From NCBI GenBank assembly GCA_046598045.1, contig JBKJJJ010000203.1:1-47114 (forward strand): DNA of 47,114 bases. The letters are read 5' to 3'. Positions within the stretch are counted from its first letter, which is position 1. Each line of letters begins with the position of its first letter. The notes beneath the pieces were generated by a model, which saw only the letters and a list, made by a program, of their open reading frames with translations, made no database searches and was not told the DNA's origin. This stretch comes from Candidatus Eiseniibacteriota bacterium (GTDB lineage Bacteria; Eisenbacteria; RBG-16-71-46; DASYSL01). Both the position numbers and the translations under genes were made by a program. This document shows, piece after piece, positions 30,310 to 40,021 of this stretch.

Positions 30310-30313
<4 letters not shown>
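29396..30313 (-). CDS. CdaR/YbbR-domain protein
   Basis: N-terminal DNLGLKLFALLLAALLY anchor, then repeated beta-rich YbbR-like units (VPVVVPITGEPARG..IRPASVRISGP); ATGA overlap with the response regulator. Confidence 0.82.
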
Positions 30314-31761
<1,448 letters not shown>

Positions 31762-31770
31762 GGTCCTCCC

Positions 31771-33123
31771 TCAGCGCCCGCGCGAGGCTGCGCCGGGCAG
31801 GCGCAACCGGCAGGTCGTGCCGCGTCCGGGCGCGGTCTCGAGCTCGAAGCGCCCGCCGGCCTCGCGCACCAGCCGCTCGACGATCGCGAGCCCGAGCCCC
31901 GTGCCCTGCGCACGCGTGGTGACGAACGGTTGCCGCGCGCGGCGTGCCAACTCGGCGCTCATGCCCGGCCCGTCGTCGGCGACCCACAGTTCGTAACCGC
32001 CGGGGCGCGCGGCCCATCCTACGCGAATCGTGCCCCCCTCGGGCAGGGCTTCGAGCGCGTTGCGCACGAGGTTGAACAGGACCTGCTTCAATTCCTCGCC
32101 GCCGAGGCGCACGAGCGCAGCCGCGGGTGCGGGGTGCCCGCTTTCGGACACCGCGAGCCCCTCGTTGACGAACGCCACCTTCTGGCCCTCGGCCTCGCGC
32201 GCGAGCAGCCCGAGCGTGGCCGAGAGCGCCTCGCCGAGGTCGCCGCCCTCGCCCGCGGGCGACGGGCGCGCGAAGTCGAGATAGCGGCGCACGGTCTTCG
32301 CGAGCCGGTCGACCTCCAGCTGGATGTACTCGAACAACTCGGGCTCGGGCCCGGCGTAGTGCCGGGACAGGCGCTGCGCCGCGCCCTGGATCACGCCCAA
32401 CGGGTTTCGCACCTCATGAGCGAGCGTGGCGGCAAGCTCGCCCACGGAGGCCAGGTTCTCCGCGCGCGCGAGCGAGGCCTCGAGCGCCGCCTGCCCGGCC
32501 GCGAGCCGCACGAACAGCGCGGCGAGCAACAGGACCGCCAGCGCGGCCACGAGCGCGACGCCGCCGAGCAGGCGCGCGATGCCGGGCAGCACCGAGAGAA
32601 ATTCCGCGCCGGCCTCGACGCCGAGCACGGCGAGCACCGGGCCGGGCGGGCTCGCGCCGGGATCGCGCACGGGGGCGAAGCCGACCAGCGTCCGCCCGGC
32701 CGCGCCGGCGCGCAGGTTGCCGTGCGATGGCGCACCCGCGAACGCCGCGCGCAACGCCACGCGTTCGCGCGCGCTGAGCGCGGCGGGCCGGCCCACGAGC
32801 GAGTCGTGCTCGCTGTCGAACAGGATCCGGGCCCGGGCATCGAGCAGGAAGACGTGCGCCGACTGCGAGGAGCGCCGCACGCCGCCGAGCGCGAGCAGCA
32901 GCGAGTCCGCGGTCGCGAACGCGCCGGGACCGAGCGCGCTCAGCAGGCGGACCTGGTGGGGACGGACCTCGGCGGCGCCGGCGGCGGCGACCCACTCGAC
33001 GCGGCGGGCGAACTCGCCCTCGAGCGCGGCGCGCACGCGCGCGTAGGTGAACAGCGAGGCGAGCGCGACCACGAGCACGACCGCGAGCGCGAACAGGGAG
33101 GTCGTGTAGAGGGCGCGGCGCAC
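31771..33123 (-). CDS. Membrane sensor histidine kinase
   Basis: 2 TM flanking an extracytoplasmic domain; AHEVRNPL, NLVRNA, DDGPG, GTGLGL. Confidence 0.93.
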   Translation of the reverse strand: MRRALYTTSLFALAVVLVVALASLFTYARVRAALEGEFARRVEWVAAAGAAEVRPHQVRLLSALGPGAFATADSLLLALGGVRRSSQSAHVFLLDARARILFDSEHDSLVGRPAALSARERVALRAAFAGAPSHGNLRAGAAGRTLVGFAPVRDPGASPPGPVLAVLGVEAGAEFLSVLPGIARLLGGVALVAALAVLLLAALFVRLAAGQAALEASLARAENLASVGELAATLAHEVRNPLGVIQGAAQRLSRHYAGPEPELFEYIQLEVDRLAKTVRRYLDFARPSPAGEGGDLGEALSATLGLLAREAEGQKVAFVNEGLAVSESGHPAPAAALVRLGGEELKQVLFNLVRNALEALPEGGTIRVGWAARPGGYELWVADDGPGMSAELARRARQPFVTTRAQGTGLGLAIVERLVREAGGRFELETAPGRGTTCRLRLPGAASRGR

Positions 33124-33124
33124 G

Positions 33125-33625
33125 TCAGCTCCGCGTGCGCTTCTTCACCGCCGCCCCGGTTGCGCGGCAACGCCGGCACAGCCCGAAGACCTCCAGGTTG
33201 TGATGATGCACCTCGAAGCCGTGGCGCGCGCACAGCGCGTCCTGCTCGCGCTCGAGGTCGGCCGAGAAGACCTCCTGCACGCGCCCGCAGGCCATGCAGA
33301 TCAGGTGGTCGTGATGCGGGATCCCGAGCACCTGCTCGTAGTGCTGCGCGGACTTGTCGCCGAACGTCATCTGGCGCACCAGCCCTGCGCTCACCAGCAG
33401 TTCGAGCGTGCGATAGATGGTCGCGCGCGACACCCGCGGATGGTGCGCGCGGGCCCACACCAGGAGGTCGTCGGCTTCGAAGTGGCGATGTTTCTCGAAC
33501 ACGGCGCCGACGACCGCCTGGCGTTCGGCGGTGTAGCGCAGACTCTTGGCCGCGAGGTAGCGGGCGAAATGTTCGTGCGCGGCGGAGAGAAAGGCGTCGC
33601 GTCGCGGGACGTTCCGGGTGGCCAT
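33125..33625 (-). CDS. Fur family metal-responsive regulator
   Basis: LRYTAERQAV, HFEADDL, VSRATIYRTL, HHDHLICMACG, GLCRRC; ATG 33625 lies downstream of the terminator. Confidence 0.93.
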   Translation of the reverse strand: MATRNVPRRDAFLSAAHEHFARYLAAKSLRYTAERQAVVGAVFEKHRHFEADDLLVWARAHHPRVSRATIYRTLELLVSAGLVRQMTFGDKSAQHYEQVLGIPHHDHLICMACGRVQEVFSADLEREQDALCARHGFEVHHHNLEVFGLCRRCRATGAAVKKRTRS

Positions 33626-33632
33626 GACGTGG

Positions 33633-33641
33633 ACAATAGCA
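33633..33641 (-). promoter_or_regulatory. Extended -10 (TGCTATTGT), probable leaderless fur promoter
   Basis: TGnTATTGT ends 7 nt before the ATG; no SD. Confidence 0.55.
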
Positions 33642-33674
33642 AAAAAGAGGGCCGGCGCTCCGCAGCGCCGGCCC
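33641..33674 (-). terminator. Intrinsic terminator
   Basis: 11-bp stem GGGCCGGCGCT-GCGG-AGCGCCGGCCC followed by TCTTTTTT. Confidence 0.85.
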
Positions 33675-33681
33675 CGAAGAA

Positions 33682-33873
33682 GAAGTTCCCCGCTACGGAC
33701 CGTGGGGTCGACGATTCGGCAGCTCCGCAAGAGACGCCGGTCGGCGGCACAGCACACGTGGGCCGCAGGGAACTTCATTTGGTCGGAACGTGGTCCCGGG
33801 GCGACGCCGTCCAGTTTGATCCGTGGCGCCGCGGGGGCTTCCCCGTCCCTCGCGTGTTAAGACGCTCGCCGGG
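33682..33873 (-). ncRNA. Candidate structured non-coding RNA (family unknown)
   Basis: 95-nt rod 33682-33776 closed by 12-bp GAAGUUCCCUGC/GCGGGGAACUUC, plus an upstream multibranch domain; G-U pairs favour the - strand; terminator follows directly. Confidence 0.45.
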
Positions 33874-34017
33874 TGCAATTGGATCCCTAATTCTCGAAAT
33901 CGCGGGGGGATTTGACGGTTCCATGACGGTCCGGGCGCACGATCGCCGGGAACCCGCCAAAGTCGTGGGTTTTCCTGCGAGGCCCCGGTCCGGCGGAGGG
34001 CGCGGAGGCCGTGCTAG

Positions 34018-34476
34018 CTAGTCGGCCAGGCCCGGCCGGTCGCGCAGCGCCATCATGGTCGCCTGCAAGACCGCGATCGGCGCGCCCTCGGCGCCGTCGT
34101 CGCCCACCGCGCGGACCTCGGCGGCGCACACGGTGAGCGTCCTGCCGGCGCGCACGACCCGGCCGACCGCGCGAAACCGGGTGCCGGCCGCGGGCGCGAG
34201 CAGGTTGATCTTGAACTCGACGGAGAGCACCGCCGAATCCTTGTCCATGAGCGTGAGCGCGGCGTAGCCGCACGCGCTGTCGGCGACGGACGCGAGCACG
34301 CCCGCGTGCAGGAAGCCGTGCTGCTGCGTCAGGTCATCGCGGTGGTCGACGAACAGCGCGACCTCGCCGGGGACGATGCGCTCGATGCGCGCGCCGCACG
34401 TGGCCATGAAGCGCTGGCGCTCGAAGCTCGCGCGCACGCGGGCCTCGAAGTTCGGATCGCGCGGGACGAGTTCCAT
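34018..34476 (-). CDS. PaaI family thioesterase
   Basis: SFERQRFM, QQHGFLHAG, DSACGYAA, VEFKINLLAPA, RAGRTLTVC. Confidence 0.93.
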   Translation of the reverse strand: MELVPRDPNFEARVRASFERQRFMATCGARIERIVPGEVALFVDHRDDLTQQHGFLHAGVLASVADSACGYAALTLMDKDSAVLSVEFKINLLAPAAGTRFRAVGRVVRAGRTLTVCAAEVRAVGDDGAEGAPIAVLQATMMALRDRPGLAD

Positions 34477-34480
34477 CGGG

Positions 34481-35374
34481 CTAGGGCATGCCCCCGCCGC
34501 TGGTGCCGCCGCCGCCACTGTTGCCGCCGCCGAGGTCGGGGTGTCCGGGCGGCAGCGGGCTGCCATGCTCCGGGTGATCGAGCCGGTCCAACAACTGGTC
34601 GATCACGCGCCCCATCTCCTCGGGGTGCTCGAGCGCCTTGGCCTTCAGGTAGTGCGCCCGCGCCTCGTCCTTGAGCCCCATCGACTGGTAGACCACGGCG
34701 AGATCGAACTGCGCGACCGGGTGGTCGGGCGCCTGCTGCGTCGCGTGCTCGAGTTCCCGGCGGGCGGAGGCCATGTCCCCCATGTTGTGATACGCCACGC
34801 CGAGGTCCACGCGCACGTCCGTGAGCGAGGAGTCGGCGCGCAGAGCGCGGTGGTAATAGGGCACCGCGTCCCCAAAGTTGCCGGTGTCGTAAAAGAGGTT
34901 GCCGAACGCGATGTTCGGCCCGACCACGGTCGAGTCGGCGCGCAGGATCACGCGCAAGGACTCGGCGCTCGCGAGCTGGTTCTTGCTCGCGCCCGGGATC
35001 GCGAGCGGGACCGGCGCACGCGCGATCTGGATCGCGGTCACGAGCACGGCGACGAGCGCCGCCAGGCCGACAGCCGCCCACAGCCACGACGGGATGCTCG
35101 ACCCGCCCGCCACGCGACCGGGCTGGTAGCCCCACGACGTCACGTTCGGGCCAACGCGCTCGGGCCGCCCGGGGCGGTCGATGCGCGCGGGCGCGGGCTC
35201 GGGAACCACCGGCTCTTCGGCCGGCGGGGGTGGCGGCGTGGCGGATTCCTTGCGGGCGTCGGGCACGTCGAGCGGGTGGTTGCATTCGACGCAACGCGGC
35301 CCATCGGGAGGATTCGGCGCCCCGCAATCGGGGCAGAGGCGTGGCGGGGCGGCGGGCGGTTCGGCCTGGCTCAC
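34481..35374 (-). CDS. Zinc-ribbon / TM / TPR protein
   Basis: CPDCG..N..CVEC, Pro-rich linker, one TM, TPR-like repeats (FGNLFYD; VRVDLGVAY; AQFDLAVVY), LPPGHP tail. Confidence 0.85.
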   Translation of the reverse strand: MSQAEPPAAPPRLCPDCGAPNPPDGPRCVECNHPLDVPDARKESATPPPPPAEEPVVPEPAPARIDRPGRPERVGPNVTSWGYQPGRVAGGSSIPSWLWAAVGLAALVAVLVTAIQIARAPVPLAIPGASKNQLASAESLRVILRADSTVVGPNIAFGNLFYDTGNFGDAVPYYHRALRADSSLTDVRVDLGVAYHNMGDMASARRELEHATQQAPDHPVAQFDLAVVYQSMGLKDEARAHYLKAKALEHPEEMGRVIDQLLDRLDHPEHGSPLPPGHPDLGGGNSGGGGTSGGGMP

Positions 35375-35421
35375 GGCGGTCTCTCCGGGATCCGGATGCG
35401 CGCGGACCCGCGAGGGCCCAC

Positions 35422-35457
35422 AAAGAAACGGGGCGGAGAGGTTCGCTCTCCGCCCCG
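35422..35457 (-). terminator. Intrinsic terminator of the Cys-rich/HMA gene
   Basis: 12-bp stem CGGGGCGGAGAG/CTCTCCGCCCCG followed by TTTCTTT, 23 nt after the stop. Confidence 0.8.
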
Positions 35458-35480
35458 CAGTCTAATCGATTCGGCCGGAT

Positions 35481-36116
35481 CTAGGCGTCGATCTTGCCGT
35501 GCGACTTCGCGCAGTTCGCCTTGCTCTCGCTCACGAACTTGACGTCGTCGAAGCCGGCGTTCTTGAGCGACTTCTGGATCGCCTTGGCGCTGGTCGCGCG
35601 CTTGTCGGCGCAGACGTAGGCCATGTGCTTGTCATAGTCGACCGTGACCGAGGCCACGCCCTTGACTGCCTTGATGGCCTTCACCGCCTCGGAGCCCGTG
35701 CCCCGGGACTCGGCGCCCGAGATCGCGAATGAATAATCCGCGTCGTTGCCGGCCGGGCAGCTGCCCGCCATCGTCACCGTGTTCTCGCCGTAGGTGCACT
35801 TGGCCATCGAAGCATCGTGCGCGCAACACGTCGAACCGGCGGCCATCGATGCGCCCTTCGCTGTGCTGCAGCTTCCACCCGCGCCCGCGCTCGAGGCCAT
35901 GGTGCCCTTCGCGCCGTGGACCGGGCACTCGCCGGCCGCCATCTTCGCGGCACAGGCTTCCTTCGACATCTTGCCGGCGCAGCTTCCGCCCCCGGCCGAG
36001 CTGTACGACGCTTCGGTGGTCGAAGCCTTGTCCTTGTCCCCGCAGGCGAAGGCGTAGGTGGCCGCCCCGAGAACCAGCACGCTGAGCGCGAGTACCTTGA
36101 TCTTGCTCGAGACCAC
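35481..36116 (-). CDS. Secreted Cys-rich protein with a degenerate heavy-metal-associated (HMA) domain
   Basis: GGAGGTG SD and GTG 36116; signal peptide ending AFA; 11 Cys; HMA-like C-terminus (FAISG..AIKAVKGVASVTVD..I.KSLKNAGF). Confidence 0.8.
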   Translation of the reverse strand: MVSSKIKVLALSVLVLGAATYAFACGDKDKASTTEASYSSAGGGSCAGKMSKEACAAKMAAGECPVHGAKGTMASSAGAGGSCSTAKGASMAAGSTCCAHDASMAKCTYGENTVTMAGSCPAGNDADYSFAISGAESRGTGSEAVKAIKAVKGVASVTVDYDKHMAYVCADKRATSAKAIQKSLKNAGFDDVKFVSESKANCAKSHGKIDA

Positions 36117-36291
36117 TTTGCACCTCCGTCGGAATCCGGGAACGCTTGCGGACTGCAAGCGACTGGGTTCAAGAGTAGGTGGCGCCCGGCCCGCGGGTCA
36201 ACCGCCGATGCCTCCTCCGGGGGGCGTTGACGCAGGATTGACGCCGTTCCGGTACGGGCGGGCAAATTGCCCCGCCGACCGGATCGCAGGC

Positions 36292-36320
36292 TTGCCGCCG
36301 CGCCTTCGGGCCCCTAGGCT
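36292..36320 (+). promoter_or_regulatory. sigma70-type promoter of the nucleotidase gene
   Basis: TTGCCG, 17 nt, TAGGCT. Confidence 0.55.
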
Positions 36321-36373
36321 CCGGGGTGACCGCTCTTTACGCCGCCCGTTCGACCCACTCCGGAGGCTTCCCT

Positions 36374-39300
36374 GTGACGGCTCGCTCGCGCCGCCCGATC
36401 CGCTCCCGCCTGACCGCCGTCGTCCTCGTCGGCCTCGGGCTCGCCCTGCTCGGCCTCGCCGCGAGCCACGTCGACGCCCGGACCGCTCGCACCGCCCGGA
36501 AGCGAGCCCCCCGCCCGGCCGCGCCCGCCGCCCCGAGGAAGGTCACGGTCTCAATCCTGAACACCACCGACCTCCACGGGCACCTGTTGCCGTGGGACTA
36601 CGAGACCGGCAAGCCGGTCGACGACTACGGGCTCTCCAAGGTCGCGACGCTGATCGCGCGCGTGCGCCAGGAGCCCGGCGTGCGGACGCTGCTGGTCGAC
36701 GCGGGCGACTGCATCCAGGGTTCCGCGCTCGCGGACCTGCACGCGGTGGGCGGCCCGGACCGGAACCTGGCGGGCGACGGCCTGCCCGATCCCCAGATGG
36801 CGTGCATGAACGCGCTCGGTTACGACGCGTTCACGGTCGGCAACCACGAGTACAACTTCGGCCTCGCCGTGCTCGAGCGCGCGCGCTCCGAGGCGAAGTT
36901 CCCGTGGCTGTCCGCGAACACGATGAAGAAGGCCCCCGCCGGCGCCGGCGCGTACCAGGCGTACGTCGTCAGGGAGGTGGGCGGCGTGCGCATAGGCCTA
37001 CTCGGGCTGACCACGCCGGGGATCCCGAGCTGGGACGACCCGCCGCACTGGGCCGGGCTCGAGTTCGACGACCCGCTTCTGACCGCGCAACACTTCGTGC
37101 CGATCCTGCGCGGTCTGGAACATTGCGATGCGGTCGTGCTGGTGTGCCACATGGGCCTCGAGGAGAACGACCAGGGCAAGCCCACGCCGGGCCAGGCGCC
37201 GAACGAGAACCGCGTGCTCGCGATCGCGCGCGCCGTGCCGGGCATCGACGCGATCGTCATGGGCCACACCCACGTCATGATCCCCTCGCGCAGCGAGAAG
37301 GGCGTGCTGCTGACCGAGGCCGGCCGCTGGGGCCAGGCGCTCGGCCGCCTCGACCTCACGTTCGAGAAGAACGCGCAAGGCGCGGGCTATGCGCTGACCG
37401 AGAAGACCGCAAGCCTGCTCAAGGTCGACGCCTCGGTCCCGTCGGACCCGGCGATCGAGGCGATCGCGCGCCCCTACCACGACCGCGCCGAGGCCTACCT
37501 CAAGGCCGTGCTCGCGCAGGCCCCGGCCGCGCTGTCGGGCGCGAACGCGCGGCTCGTCGACAATGCGCTGCTCGAGCTGATCCAGCGCACGCAGCTCGAC
37601 GCCGGCAAGGCCGACGTGTCGATCTCGCCGATGTTCGCTCCCAGGGTTTCGATCGCCGCCGGGCCGGTCACGGTGCGCGACGCCTACGCGCTCTATCCGT
37701 ACGAGAACACGCTCGCCGTGCTCGACCTGACGGGCGCCGACCTCAAGGCCGCGCTCGAACACGCGGCCGAGTATTACAACGGCTACGACTTCGGCCGCTC
37801 GGACCGGCCGCTCGTCAACAGCGCGATCCCGGGCTACAACTTCGACATCGCGAGCGGCGTCACGTACGTGCTCGACCTCCGGCAGCCGGTCGGCAAACGC
37901 GTGCAGAACCTCGCGTGGCGCGGCCGCGCGCTCGCGCCCGAGAAGCACCTGCGGGTCGCGGTGAACAACTACCGGGCGAACGGCGGCGGCGGCTACGACA
38001 TGCTCGTGGGCAAGCCCGTGCTGTGGCGCTCGGAGATTCCCGTGCGCGACCTGCTGGTCGCCGAGATCAAGAAGCTCGGCACCATCACCGCACAGGTCGA
38101 CGGCAACTGGCGCGCCGTGCCCGCGTGGGCGAACGACCCGCCGGCCGCGCGCGCCGGGCTCGAGTTGCTAGTGCGGCGCGGCGTGGTCCATGCCGACTCC
38201 GCGCTGGCGTGGGGACCGTCGGCGCCACTCACGCGCCTGCGTTATGCCAACTGGCTCGAGAAGCTCGGCGGCGGCCCGGCGCGCGCGCAGCTGGTCGCGA
38301 CCACGGGCCAGAAGGACGGCCCGCCGAAGGGCGCGCCCGGCCCGGCGGCGCCCGTCAACCTCGACCTCGCCCGCGTGGCCGCGCGGCAGGCGCTGCCCGA
38401 GCCCGCCCGCGCGCGCTTCACGGGTGCGCCGGCGGGCGCGGGAGACGCTGCGGGCCCGGGCCTGACCGTGGGCGAAGGCGCGACCGTGCTCGCCGACATG
38501 TTCTTCCCGCGCCTCACGCTGCTCGAGGTCACGGACTTCCACGGCGCGCTGCTCGGTGGCGCGAAGGACAAAGCGAGCGGGCGCGCGATCGGCGGCGCCG
38601 CGACGCTCGCGGCGTACATCGCGCGCGAACGCGCGAAGAACCCGGACGGCACGCTGCTGCTCGACGGCGGCGACTGGATGCAGGGCACGCCGATCTCGAA
38701 CCTCAACTTCGGCCGGCCGGTGATCGCGCTCATGAACCGGATGGGTGTCGACGCGTCGACCATCGGCAACCACGAGTTCGACTGGAGCGTCGACACGCTG
38801 CGCACGCGCATGCGCGAGGCGCGCTTCCAGCCGCTCGGCGCGAACTGGGTGAACCGTTCCGATGGCAAGCGCGCGGACAACGTCGCGCCGTGGACGATCC
38901 TCGAGCGGGGCGGCATGCGGATCGGCGTGATCGGCCTGCTCACGGACGAGACCGCGTCGGTGACGCTGCCGAAGAACGTCGAGGCCTTCCGCTTCCCCGC
39001 GGGCGGGCCGATCGCGCGGGGGCTGATCGATTCCTGCCGCGCGGCGGGCGCGGACCTCGTGGTCGTGGTCGGCCACCTGCCGGGCAGCGTCGACTCGACC
39101 GGCGCGGTCAAGGGCGAGATCGCCGAAGTGGCGCGCGCCGTGGGCGGCCCGAACGGCGCGATCGCGGTGCTCGGCGGCCATAGCCACAACCGCCTGAGCG
39201 GCGTGGTCGACGGCGTGCCGGTGATCATCTCGGGCGCGCTCGGGCAGACGCTCGGGCGCATCGACCTCGTGATCGATCGCGCGACCCATCGCCCGATCGC

Positions 39301-40021
39301 CGAGGAGACCCGGCGGCAGCTCCTGACCACGTTCGCCGACGACGTCAAGCCCGACCCGACGATCGCGGCGTTCGTCGACTCGGTCAATCACGACCTGCTG
39401 CCGATCACCTCGCGCGTGCTCGGCACCTCGCGCGACGCGCTCACGCGCAATCGCCTCGGGGAGTCGTCGCTCGGGGACTGGGTCGCGGACGTGATGCGCG
39501 CGGCCGTAGGCGCGGACTTCGCGTTCCAGAACCCGGGCGGCCTGCGCGCGGACCTGGACGCGGGCGAGGTCACGATGGGCGACGTGTACGAGGTCATGCC
39601 GTTCGACAATCAAATTGCGACGGTGACGCTCACGGGCGCGCAGGTGCTCGACCTGGTCGAGCACGGCGTCTCCCCCACCACGTGCGTCCAGCTCTCGGGG
39701 ATGTCGCTGGTCTACGACCCCGCTCGCCCGCATGGCGAGCGCGTGCTCGAGATCCGCCTGCCGAACGGCAAGCGCATCGACCCGGGCGCGAAGTACAAGG
39801 TGGCGACCAACGATTTCATGGCGCAGGGCGGCGACGGCTTCACGATGATCGCCCGGGGCGAGGGGCTCGCGCTGCCCGGCGTGCTGGTGCGCAACGCGCT
39901 GGTCGCGGACATGGAGCGCCGCGGCAAGGCGGGGCAACCGCTGGTCGCGGCGACGCCCGGGCGGATCACGAGCCCGTCGTCGAAGGCGCCGGCGAAGACG
40001 GGAGCCGACGCGGCGCGCTAG
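36374..40021 (+). CDS. Secreted tandem 2',3'-cyclic-nucleotide phosphodiesterase / 5'-nucleotidase (CpdB plus UshA-like, YfkN type)
   Basis: Two metallophosphoesterase plus 5'-NT C-terminal modules: TTDLHG/DAGD/GNHEYN/GHTH/LYPYENT and TDFHG/DGGD/GNHEFD/GHSH/NPGGLR/MPFDN/GGDGF; GGAGG SD before GTG 36374 (alternative 36326). Confidence 0.9.
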   Translation: MTARSRRPIRSRLTAVVLVGLGLALLGLAASHVDARTARTARKRAPRPAAPAAPRKVTVSILNTTDLHGHLLPWDYETGKPVDDYGLSKVATLIARVRQEPGVRTLLVDAGDCIQGSALADLHAVGGPDRNLAGDGLPDPQMACMNALGYDAFTVGNHEYNFGLAVLERARSEAKFPWLSANTMKKAPAGAGAYQAYVVREVGGVRIGLLGLTTPGIPSWDDPPHWAGLEFDDPLLTAQHFVPILRGLEHCDAVVLVCHMGLEENDQGKPTPGQAPNENRVLAIARAVPGIDAIVMGHTHVMIPSRSEKGVLLTEAGRWGQALGRLDLTFEKNAQGAGYALTEKTASLLKVDASVPSDPAIEAIARPYHDRAEAYLKAVLAQAPAALSGANARLVDNALLELIQRTQLDAGKADVSISPMFAPRVSIAAGPVTVRDAYALYPYENTLAVLDLTGADLKAALEHAAEYYNGYDFGRSDRPLVNSAIPGYNFDIASGVTYVLDLRQPVGKRVQNLAWRGRALAPEKHLRVAVNNYRANGGGGYDMLVGKPVLWRSEIPVRDLLVAEIKKLGTITAQVDGNWRAVPAWANDPPAARAGLELLVRRGVVHADSALAWGPSAPLTRLRYANWLEKLGGGPARAQLVATTGQKDGPPKGAPGPAAPVNLDLARVAARQALPEPARARFTGAPAGAGDAAGPGLTVGEGATVLADMFFPRLTLLEVTDFHGALLGGAKDKASGRAIGGAATLAAYIARERAKNPDGTLLLDGGDWMQGTPISNLNFGRPVIALMNRMGVDASTIGNHEFDWSVDTLRTRMREARFQPLGANWVNRSDGKRADNVAPWTILERGGMRIGVIGLLTDETASVTLPKNVEAFRFPAGGPIARGLIDSCRAAGADLVVVVGHLPGSVDSTGAVKGEIAEVARAVGGPNGAIAVLGGHSHNRLSGVVDGVPVIISGALGQTLGRIDLVIDRATHRPIAEETRRQLLTTFADDVKPDPTIAAFVDSVNHDLLPITSRVLGTSRDALTRNRLGESSLGDWVADVMRAAVGADFAFQNPGGLRADLDAGEVTMGDVYEVMPFDNQIATVTLTGAQVLDLVEHGVSPTTCVQLSGMSLVYDPARPHGERVLEIRLPNGKRIDPGAKYKVATNDFMAQGGDGFTMIARGEGLALPGVLVRNALVADMERRGKAGQPLVAATPGRITSPSSKAPAKTGADAAR

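Noticed and set aside
33682..33776. Rod hairpin as small SRP RNA
   Set aside because: Size fits, but the conserved CAGG...GNRA...AGCAG helix-8 motif is absent on both strands.
33626..33778. N-terminal extension of Fur given by the ORF track
   Set aside because: Runs through the hairpin and terminator and shows no Fur similarity.
33791..33873. 83-nt element ending in ACCA on the - strand as a tRNA or tRNA-Sec
   Set aside because: No GTTCRA T-loop, no valid anticodon arm or UCA anticodon, and arm spacing is wrong; kept only as part of the unknown RNA candidate.
33875..33890. sigma54 promoter (TAGGGATCCAATTGCA, - strand)
   Set aside because: GG to GC spacing is 9 or fewer nt instead of the required 10.
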